From Thainema sp. (lineage in GTDB: Bacteria; Cyanobacteriota; Cyanobacteriia; Phormidesmidales; Phormidesmidaceae): DNA of 18,142 nucleotides. The stretch covers positions 1 through 18,142 of the forward strand of contig JBQLZK010000099.1 of the NCBI GenBank assembly GCA_052168235.1. Reading direction: 5' to 3'. The notes beneath the pieces were generated by a model that was given only the letters and a program-made list of their open reading frames with translations, was not told where the DNA came from and did no database searches. The position numbers and the translations under genes were made by a program. Shown one piece after another: positions 9,728 through 15,073 of this stretch (positions within the stretch are counted from its first letter, which is position 1; every line of letters begins with the position of its first letter).

Positions 9728-9870
9728 TGAAGTGGACCCGGAAAACTAGACAAGGGGCTAAGCTCTGAACCACTCAAAGAATGATAGGAGTAGTTCATGA
9801 GCAACAAACGCAAGCAGTACAATTCAGAGTTCAAGGCCAGAGTGGCTTTAGAAGCGGTTCGGGGGGAGAA

Positions 9871-10174
9871 AGGGATACACCTGATGCTCAGGGTGGGCTT
9901 GGCTGAGCCGAGGCTTGGGATAAATCGCCTCCAACCCGAGTTGGCGCATCAACCGTTGAACTCGTTTGCGATTGACTACATAGCCTTGCTGACGCAGCAC
10001 AACAGCCATCCGACGACTGCCATAAAACGGCGTTTTCAGGTACTGCTGGTCAATCAACCGCAGTAGACTCAACTCCTCATCCGATGAACCTTGAGCTTGA
10101 TAGTAGAAGCTCGAACGGGCTACCTTGAGCAGTTCACATTGGCGGCTAATCGTTAATTGGGGATGGTCAGTCAC
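9871..10174 (-). pseudogene. IS3 OrfB N-terminal fragment with no DDE integrase core
   Basis: LTISRQCELL..ARSSFYY, PFYGSRRM, VNRKRVQRLMR..GLEAIYPKP; ends at ..HQVYP where the inverted left end starts. Confidence 0.85.
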
Positions 10175-10494
10175 GACCAGGGCTTTTCGGGCTTTAGCCC
10201 CAACTGTGCTGACCTGGTGGCTAAAAAATCCCGTTCCACCTTCAACTGGCCAATCTGTCGATACAACTCGTCTAGTTGAGCCTGCTGATTGGTCTGGTTG
10301 TTTTTGGCTGTCTCCGTGCCCTTCTCAAACAGGCTGCTGGCTCCCTCCGTTAACTGTCTTTTCCAGTTATTGATGACGGTGGGATGCAGTTGATACTGGC
10401 TGGCCAGTTCGGAGGTTGTCTTCTCCCCCCGAACCGCTTCTAAAGCCACTCTGGCCTTGAACTCTGAATTGTACTGCTTGCGTTTGTTGCTCAT
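10171..10494 (-). CDS. IS3 OrfA (HTH)
   Basis: KRKQYNSEFKARVALEA...LYRQIGQLKVERDFL. An in-frame T_TTT_TTA -1 slippery site (10222-10228, minus strand) opens into OrfB. Confidence 0.9.
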   Translation of the reverse strand: MSNKRKQYNSEFKARVALEAVRGEKTTSELASQYQLHPTVINNWKRQLTEGASSLFEKGTETAKNNQTNQQAQLDELYRQIGQLKVERDFLATRSAQLGLKPEKPWS

Positions 10495-10615
10495 GAACTA
10501 CTCCTATCATTCTTTGAGTGGTTCAGAGCTTAGCCCCTTGTCTAGTTTTCCGGGTCCACTTCAAACCTTTATCAGGAAAGGGTTTTAGCATGAGAAGTGA
10601 AGCCTTTTCAAAATA

Positions 10616-10786
10616 GACATTGATTGTGACGCAAGCTTAAAGAAATGACATCGATTGTGACGCAGTCTCAATTATCTCTTATTTCGCATATCAAATACTT
10701 GTATCGCCTACTGCATAAAGATTTTGAGAGCAGGCAAGATAGTGACATGCAAAGTGACGGGCGGACATGTAATTTGACGCTCAACA
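10616..10786. mobile_element. Putative Tn7-like transposon end (element body to the left)
   Basis: Four same-orientation GACAT-N6-TGACG sites at 10616, 10647, 10744 and 10764. The terminus reads TGTTGAGC... on the minus strand from 10786. Confidence 0.65.
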
Positions 10787-10822
10787 CATCCGTAATCGTC
10801 ACAGGTCAATCTGTATCTTTAG

Positions 10823-10869
10823 TGGACAATATATTACATGTGTAATACATTGTCCTAAGCGTGTAATAC
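10823..10869 (+). promoter_or_regulatory. Sigma70-type promoter overlapped by a dyad operator (candidate TrcR-type)
   Basis: TGGACA-17 bp-TACATT. Dyad GGACAATATATTACA-TG-TGTAATACATTGTCC (10824-10855), with an extra half-site TGTAATAC at 10862. Confidence 0.6.
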
Positions 10870-10886
10870 AAATAATACGTTTCGTC

Positions 10887-11126
10887 ATGTTGCACAATTT
10901 GACTACTGCACCCTATAGCGCCGCCGAATGCTGTCCCACTGAGGGGACGGGCAGATCGTCCATGCTATGCAGCTGGCTATTGGGATGGGGCGAGATGTAT
11001 CGACTTTTTGATGCTAAAGCTGTTCGCCATACTGCTGTCAGCTTCATCATCACAGGGTTAAAACCGAATCGGTTAATGAATGGTTTATTCAAAAGCGGTA
11101 GGAGCAGGTTCAATCCTGTTTCGTAG
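10887..11126 (+). CDS. Putative leader/small ORF upstream of the HNH gene (79 aa; start could be an internal ATG)
   Basis: Position between the promoter and the terminator; no recognised domain. Confidence 0.35.
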   Translation: MLHNLTTAPYSAAECCPTEGTGRSSMLCSWLLGWGEMYRLFDAKAVRHTAVSFIITGLKPNRLMNGLFKSGRSRFNPVS

Positions 11127-11150
11127 ATAGGAAAAGCATATGAACTGCTT

Positions 11151-11190
11151 CAGCCCCCGCTTTTAGTGATCAAAAGCGGGGCTGTTTTGT
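11151..11190 (+). terminator. Intrinsic-terminator-like hairpin directly ahead of the HNH ribosome binding site
   Basis: CAGCCCCCGCTTTT-AGTGATC-AAAAGCGGGGCTG followed by TTTTGT, then GGAGG at 11191. Confidence 0.7.
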
Positions 11191-11200
11191 GGAGGAAAGA

Positions 11201-11734
11201 ATGATGCCCGTTCGACAACAGAGCCAATCATCTTCAGTCTTACAGCGCCAGGTAGTGGTGTTTTCTAAAAACTACCTGCCGCTGATGCGAATCAATACCA
11301 AGCGTGCGATCGCACTTCTGGTCACAGGTCAAGCCGAAGCCCTTGATTTTGGGAATGCTCAGCAGTGGCAAGTCCGCTCACCCAATCTTGTACTACAGGT
11401 TTCTGAGCACATTCGCTTGGTGGGTAGTAATCCCGAACGGCAGTGGAAAGTGCCACCCGTTAACCGTCGGGAAGTCTTCCGCCGCGATAACCACACCTGC
11501 CAGTACTGCGGCAGCACCAAGCACCTGACGATTGACCACGTCATTCCCCGCTCCAAAGGCGGTACCCATACTTGGGATAACGTTGTCGCTGCTTGTAGTA
11601 CCTGTAACTCGGCCAAGGGCGATCGCTTACTGCATGAAATCAGCATGACGCTCAAGAGCAAACCCAAGGCACCTATCCATCCTGCGATCGCATTTGCCGA
11701 GCAGTTCTGGATCGAAAACGATTGGAATTCATGA
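11201..11734 (+). CDS. McrA-like HNH endonuclease associated with the tRNA array
   Basis: RD..CQYCG...TIDHVIPRSKGG...WDNVVAACSTCN..KG motif; GGAGG RBS precedes the ATGs at 11201 and 11204. Confidence 0.93.
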   Translation: MMPVRQQSQSSSVLQRQVVVFSKNYLPLMRINTKRAIALLVTGQAEALDFGNAQQWQVRSPNLVLQVSEHIRLVGSNPERQWKVPPVNRREVFRRDNHTCQYCGSTKHLTIDHVIPRSKGGTHTWDNVVAACSTCNSAKGDRLLHEISMTLKSKPKAPIHPAIAFAEQFWIENDWNS

Positions 11735-11800
11735 GTTGCGATCATGAGTTGCGATCGCAATTATCGCAATTAAGGGAACTGATAGCTCAACAACGCATGT

Positions 11801-11919
11801 ATACTACAAGCTTCAGTTCCCTCCTTAAACTCTTGTACAGCAAGCATTTCAAGCTTTTTTCAAAAATGTAGTATAAACCCCTTGACAACTGCGTGCTACA
11901 TATACTACAAATGTAATAT
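11801..11919 (+). promoter_or_regulatory. tRNA-array promoter region with repeated ATACTACA/TGTAGTAT operator half-sites
   Basis: ATACTACA at 11801, TGTAGTAT at 11867, dyad ATACTACA-AA-TGTAATAT at 11902-11919, TTGACA at 11882. The -10 assignment is uncertain. Confidence 0.6.
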
Positions 11920-11941
11920 GACAAGCCAATGAGCACTACCA

Positions 11942-12136
11942 ATGACAACTAGCTCCCTAGTATTACTCAAACGAACGGCAGTCAAACTCAAGTTGAGCAA
12001 AGCAGATCATCAATCTTCTTCCTCACCTTTAGAGAATTCGCCGGAGCACAGCCTTCAGTCTCATCGCTTGAACCAAACTCAAGCCCTCCGCGATCTGAGG
12101 CAAACCTATTACCTGGAGCGACGCAGCTTTCTGTAG
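11942..12136 (+). CDS. Putative small leader ORF of the tRNA operon (64 aa)
   Basis: ATG-initiated ORF filling the gap between the promoter and boxA; no recognised domain. Confidence 0.35.
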   Translation: MTTSSLVLLKRTAVKLKLSKADHQSSSSPLENSPEHSLQSHRLNQTQALRDLRQTYYLERRSFL

Positions 12137-12157
12137 TCCCTGCTCCAAGCCCACTCT

Positions 12158-12175
12158 GAACCTTGACAACTGAAT
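12158..12175 (+). promoter_or_regulatory. rRNA-operon-type boxA antitermination motif
   Basis: GAACCTTGACAACTGAAT resembles the cyanobacterial rrn boxA (GAACCTTGAAAA) and lies about 70 nt before the first tRNA. Confidence 0.6.
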
Positions 12176-12246
12176 GCCACCTTTAAAGATTGTGGTTTTC
12201 TGGATGTGAGAGCGGAACGCTCACAACCCGAAAACCACTACTACTT

Positions 12247-12322
12247 GGGGATGTAGCTTAGTCCGGCTCAAAGCAGTCGCCTGTCGAGCGAAAGATCGTG
12301 GGTTCAAATCCCATCATCCCCG
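12247..12322 (+). tRNA. trnD: tRNA-Asp(GTC)
   Basis: Acceptor GGGGATG/CATCCCC, loop CT-GTC-GA, T-loop TTCAAAT. Confidence 0.92.
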
Positions 12323-12325
12323 TGT

Positions 12326-12399
12326 AGCCGTGTGGACGACTAGATAAGTCGCTGTGATTCTCAGTCACAGAGAAGCGAGTGCAACTCTCGTCACGGCTT
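12326..12399 (+). tRNA. trnE: Atypical tRNA with CTC (Glu) anticodon
   Basis: Acceptor AGCCGTG/CACGGCT, loop TT-CTC-AG, T-loop TGCAACT, D-loop lacks GG. Confidence 0.7.
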
Positions 12400-12464
12400 T
12401 ATTGCCTTCAATGTTTTTTGTTGTGTGAACTTAGCCCACACAACAAAAAACATTGAAGGCAATA
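12400..12464. repeat. Perfect 28-bp inverted repeat spacer
   Basis: TATTGCCTTCAATGTTTTTTGTTGTGTG, 9-nt loop, exact reverse complement. Confidence 0.9.
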
Positions 12465-12468
12465 CTGA

Positions 12469-12544
12469 CTCCAGGTCGCCAAGTGGGAAGGCATTGGTCT
12501 GCAAAACCGATTACTCGCGGGTTCGATTCCCGCCCTGGAGTCCA
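12469..12544 (+). tRNA. trnC: tRNA-Cys(GCA)
   Basis: Acceptor CTCCAGG/CCTGGAG, loop CT-GCA-AA, U discriminator, CCA. Confidence 0.92.
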
Positions 12545-12549
12545 ATCAC

Positions 12550-12625
12550 TGCAGCGTAGCTTAACTGGCAAAGCCCCAAGTTCATACCTTGGTAATTGCG
12601 GGTTCAACTCCCGCCGCTGCGACCA
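12550..12625 (+). tRNA. trnM: tRNA with CAT anticodon (Met; Ile2 not excluded)
   Basis: Acceptor TGCAGCG/CGCTGCG, arm CCAAG-TTCATAC-CTTGG, CCA. Confidence 0.85.
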
Positions 12626-12728
12626 GTGCCTAAATATATTTTTGAGCAAGCGAGGTGCTTTGCGAAAGCAAGTCACAAATTTAGTCTCTGCATTCTACGG
12701 TGTCTTTCACAGTAGAACGCTTAATCCT

Positions 12729-12805
12729 GGTGCCGTAGGCAAATTGGTAAAGCCACAGGTCTTTCACACCTGCGTTTGCGGGTTCAACTCCCGTCGGCAC
12801 TGCCA
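12729..12805 (+). tRNA. trnE: tRNA-Glu(TTC)
   Basis: Acceptor GGTGCCG/CGGCACT, loop CT-TTC-AC, CCA. Confidence 0.92.
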
Positions 12806-12815
12806 ACTTTTTTGT

Positions 12816-12900
12816 GGGTCGGCTCGCCTATTGGCGTAGGCAACGGTCTGTAAAACCGCCGCATATTGCGTTGCTGGTTCAATTCCAGCCCGGCCTACCA
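12816..12900 (+). tRNA. trnY: tRNA-Tyr(GTA)
   Basis: Acceptor GGGTCGG/CCGGCCT, loop CT-GTA-AA, long variable arm, CCA. Confidence 0.9.
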
Positions 12901-12981
12901 ATTATCGAACACGTGATCTTTGCGCGGCAGTGCCGCGTCAAGACTCACTCAAAACATCAAGCACGAGTTGACAAGAACAAT

Positions 12982-13062
12982 GGAGAGTAAACCGATTAGG
13001 CAATCGGCGCTGTTTGCTAAACAGATGGATGAACAATTGTGGTTCGAGTCCACTGCTCTCCG
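12982..13062 (+). tRNA. trnS: Atypical tRNA-Ser(GCT) with extended D-stem
   Basis: Acceptor GGAGAGT/GCTCTCC, D-arm CCGATT-AGGC-AATCGG, loop TT-GCT-AA. Confidence 0.8.
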
Positions 13063-13120
13063 CCTTCATCTAACTTTACGAAAGGCTTGCCCCGCAAGCT
13101 TTTCATAAACAAATCAGCAT

Positions 13121-13198
13121 GAGGACGTGGTGTAACTGGATAAACATCTCAGACTACGAATCTGAAGAGTGGGGGTTCAAGTCCCTCCGTCCTTGCCA
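13121..13198 (+). tRNA. trnR: tRNA-Arg(ACG)
   Basis: Acceptor GAGGACG/CGTCCTT, arm TCAGA-CTACGAA-TCTGA, CCA. Confidence 0.92.
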
Positions 13199-13202
13199 AT
13201 TT

Positions 13203-13288
13203 GGAGAGTACCGCTGAATGGTCGGCAACTGGTCTTGAAAACCAGGGTAGCTCTCGGGCTAGGGGTTCGATTCCTCTACTCTCCGCCA
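13203..13288 (+). tRNA. trnS: tRNA-Ser(TGA)
   Basis: Acceptor GGAGAGT/ACTCTCC, arm CTGGT-CTTGAAA-ACCAG, long variable arm, CCA. Confidence 0.9.
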
Positions 13289-13291
13289 AAT

Positions 13292-13412
13292 GGGAAGTTG
13301 GTGAAGCTGGTGCTCACGTGCCGCTGTTGGCGAAGCCTGTCCAAAGGACATAGACGGCGAGATGGCAGTTCGTTCGCAAAGCGTCTCCGAAGGAGAATCC
13401 TGTCACTTCCCA
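13292..13412 (+). pseudogene. tRNA gene interrupted by two 24-nt inserts (anticodon loop and T-loop); possibly the former tRNA-Phe
   Basis: Acceptor GGGAAGT/ACTTCCC and D-stem GTGA/TCAC. Removing 13327-13350 and 13373-13396 restores the 7-nt loops CTGTAGA and TTCGATC. Confidence 0.8.
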
Positions 13413-13481
13413 CTCAGGTGGTCTTTAATTTCTGGTTGCATGGGTTCCACTCAATCAGAAGTTGAAAACTATCCCATTCGT

Positions 13482-13557
<76 letters not shown>

Positions 13558-13613
13558 TTGATTTAACTGTGAAAAGCTTGCTGCGCAAGCTTTTCACAAA
13601 ACACAGATATCAC

Positions 13614-13690
13614 TGCCGAGTAGACGACATGGAAAGTCGCTGTGACTCTGAATCACGGAGATGCTAGTTCGAATCTAGCCTCGGCATCCA
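13614..13690 (+). tRNA. trnQ: tRNA-Gln(CTG)
   Basis: Acceptor TGCCGAG/CTCGGCA (U1-A72), loop CT-CTG-AA, CCA. Confidence 0.9.
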
Positions 13691-13691
13691 A

Positions 13692-13763
13692 TGCCCTGTG
13701 GTGTAACTGGCAACACCCCGCCCTTTGAAGGCGTAGTTCTAGGTTCGAATCCTGGTGGGGCAG
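13692..13763 (+). tRNA. trnQ: tRNA-Gln(TTG)
   Basis: Acceptor TGCCCTG/TGGGGCA, loop CT-TTG-AA. Confidence 0.88.
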
Positions 13764-13872
13764 TTGGGAGGTAAACAGTCGCCTGGGTCAAATTGCTGCG
13801 CGCCTCCCATTTCATAAAAAGGATAGTGTGTCGCGTGCGATGCACACGACACACTTCACAAAACAGATTTTT

Positions 13873-13946
<74 letters not shown>

Positions 13947-14050
13947 CTGTGGCGATAGTTATTAGATTCAGGTCTTTTACGGAGCGGTTAGCCATTCCAT
14001 AAAAGACCAATCCAAATTGCGATCGCAACTATTACAACTACCGCAACTAT

Positions 14051-14123
14051 CGGGATGTAATTCAGTGGTCAGAAGCCTTGGTTTGGGACCAAGGAGTCGT
14101 AGGTTCGAATCCTACCGTCCCGA
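14051..14123 (+). tRNA. trnP: tRNA-Pro(TGG)
   Basis: Acceptor CGGGATG/CGTCCCG, loop TT-TGG-GA. Confidence 0.92.
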
Positions 14124-14138
14124 TTTATCCATCCTCAG

Positions 14139-14216
14139 GCACCGGAGGCGGAAGTGGTGGACGCGCACGCCCGATAAGCGTGTTACTAGCAGGTTCGACT
14201 CCTGCCCGGTGTACCA
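14139..14216 (+). tRNA. trnI: tRNA-Ile(GAT), with non-canonical C33 and A8
   Basis: Acceptor GCACCGG/CCGGTGT, arm CACGC-CCGATAA-GCGTG, CCA. Confidence 0.82.
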
Positions 14217-14271
14217 CTTGATGGGGTTGTATCTGAGCCATACGTGGCTCAGATACAACCAGGCTGGATGA

Positions 14272-14343
14272 GGGTCGTTGGCAGAGCGGATATGCAGCCG
14301 CCTTTTAAGCGGAGAGATCCAGGTTCAACCCCTGGGCGACCCA
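14272..14343 (+). tRNA. trnK: tRNA-Lys(TTT)
   Basis: Acceptor GGGTCGT/GCGACCC, loop CT-TTT-AA. Confidence 0.9.
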
Positions 14344-14345
14344 CT

Positions 14346-14420
14346 GGATTTTGGATTGGCGATTTTGGATTGCGGATTCTGCCCCCTTATTCAAAACCTA
14401 AAGTCATCGATCCGAAATCC
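14346..14420. repeat. Degenerate heptamer (GATTTTG/AATCCAA, STRR-like) fold-back repeat
   Basis: GGATTTTGGATTGGCGATTTTGGATT ... ATCCGAAATCC. Confidence 0.65.
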
Positions 14421-14425
14421 CCCTT

Positions 14426-14498
14426 GGGCTGTTAGCTCAGTTGGCAGAGCAGCCGCCTCTTAAGCGGAAGCGAGTAGGTTCGAAACCTACACAGCCCA
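14426..14498 (+). tRNA. trnK: tRNA-Lys(CTT)
   Basis: Acceptor GGGCTGT/ACAGCCC, loop CT-CTT-AA. Confidence 0.92.
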
Positions 14499-14501
14499 CT
14501 T

Positions 14502-14555
14502 GGATTTTAGATTTTAGATTTTGGATTGTGCCCACCAATCCAAAATCTAAAATCC
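14502..14555. repeat. Heptamer (GATTTTA/G, STRR-like) fold-back repeat
   Basis: GGATTTTAGATTTTAGATTTTGGATTG...CAATCCAAAATCTAAAATCC. Confidence 0.8.
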
Positions 14556-14559
14556 TTAA

Positions 14560-14633
14560 GCCCCTGTGATGCAAACGGTAGACATAGCTTGCTTAAAACA
14601 AGTTTGTTGCGAGTTCGATTCTCGCCAGGGGTA
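14560..14633 (+). tRNA. trnL: tRNA-Leu(TAA), intronless, short variable region
   Basis: Acceptor GCCCCTG/CAGGGGT, arm GCTTG-CTTAAAA-CAAGT, variable region TTGTT. Confidence 0.86.
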
Positions 14634-14634
14634 T

Positions 14635-14710
14635 TGCGGGGATGGAGCAACAGCGGCTCGGAAGGTTCAACCCTTCAAATCAGTGAGTGCAATTCTCACC
14701 CCCGCGACCA
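14635..14710 (+). tRNA. Aberrant initiator-Met-like tRNA with a 6-nt anticodon loop (pseudo or non-canonical)
   Basis: Acceptor TGCGGGG/CCCCGCG-A-CCA, D-stem GAGC/GCTC, arm GAAGG-TTCAAC-CCTTC, T-loop TGCAATT. Confidence 0.65.
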
Positions 14711-14713
14711 AAT

Positions 14714-14788
14714 GCTGGTGTGGCTCAACGGTAGAGCAACTGTTTTGTAAACAGTCGGTTGCAGGTTCAAATCCTGTCACCAGCCCCA
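14714..14788 (+). tRNA. trnT: tRNA-Thr(TGT)
   Basis: Acceptor GCTGGTG/CACCAGC, loop TT-TGT-AA, CCA. Confidence 0.92.
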
Positions 14789-14791
14789 TTT

Positions 14792-14865
14792 GCGAACGTG
14801 ATGTAGCGGTAGCATCTGAGTCTGCCAGTCTCAGCGTATGGGTTCAAATCCCATCGTTCGCTCCA
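14792..14865 (+). tRNA. trnG: tRNA-Gly(GCC)
   Basis: Acceptor GCGAACG/CGTTCGC, loop CT-GCC-AG, U discriminator, CCA. Confidence 0.9.
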
Positions 14866-14866
14866 A

Positions 14867-14941
14867 AGTCCTGTAGCTCAACGGGAGAGCAAGCGCCTTA
14901 CAAGCGAGAGGTTGCGGGTTCAAATCCTGCCAGGACTACCA
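14867..14941 (+). tRNA. trnV: tRNA-Val(TAC)
   Basis: Acceptor AGTCCTG/CAGGACT, loop CT-TAC-AA (anticodon stem has only 3 Watson-Crick pairs), CCA. Confidence 0.87.
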
Positions 14942-14948
14942 AAATTAC

Positions 14949-15022
14949 GGGAGTGTCGCCTAATGGATGAGGGCATCGATCTTCTAAATCGATAGGTGTA
15001 GGTTCGAATCCTACCACTCCTG
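14949..15022 (+). tRNA. trnR: tRNA-Arg(TCT)
   Basis: Acceptor GGGAGTG/CACTCCT, arm TCGAT-CTTCTAA-ATCGA. Confidence 0.92.
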
Positions 15023-15029
15023 CTAGTCC

Positions 15030-15058
15030 GCGTAGTGCTTGCTAGGTAAGCATTGCGC
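15030..15058. terminator. Hairpin between the array end and the convergent rfbA
   Basis: GCGTAGTGCTTGC-TAG-GTAAGCATTGCGC (with G-U pairs); no strong U tract on the + strand. Confidence 0.4.
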
Positions 15059-15073
15059 AAGAGATAAACGCAA

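Larger units (their letters stand above)
9728..10563 (-). mobile_element. Truncated IS3-family element bounded by two identical left ends (143-bp perfect inverted repeat)
   Basis: 9728-9870 is the reverse complement of 10421-10563; both begin TGAAGTGGACCCGGAAAACTAGACA. Confidence 0.85.

Noticed and set aside
9797..10066. 89-aa ORF starting MSNKRKQYNSEF as a second transposase gene
   Set aside because: It is a chimera of the duplicated orfA start and the antisense strand of orfB.
10616..10779. Repeats as a mini-CRISPR array
   Set aside because: The units are only 16 nt with a variable core and irregular spacing (31, 97, 20), and there are no cas genes. They fit protein-binding sites better.
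10645..11113. Short ORFs 10645-10845 (+) and 10913-11113 (-) as the RHH repressor gene
   Set aside because: Neither shows a ribbon-helix-helix pattern, and they overlap the transposon-end repeats, the promoter or the leader.
11201..11734. HNH as an RNA-guided IscB/Cas9-like nuclease
   Set aside because: Only about 177 aa, with no PLMP N-terminus, RuvC motifs or bridge helix.
11731..11772. Short tandem duplication ATGAGTTGCGATC x2 at the HNH stop
   Set aside because: A local HIP1-associated micro-repeat, common in cyanobacteria, with no evidence of function.
13327..13396. Group I intron or archaeal BHB introns in the interrupted tRNA
   Set aside because: Far too short for a self-splicing intron, and no bulge-helix-bulge motif is evident at the junctions.
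14635..14710. tRNA-Sec (TCA)
   Set aside because: No long variable arm, no 8-bp acceptor stem, and no sel genes in the window.
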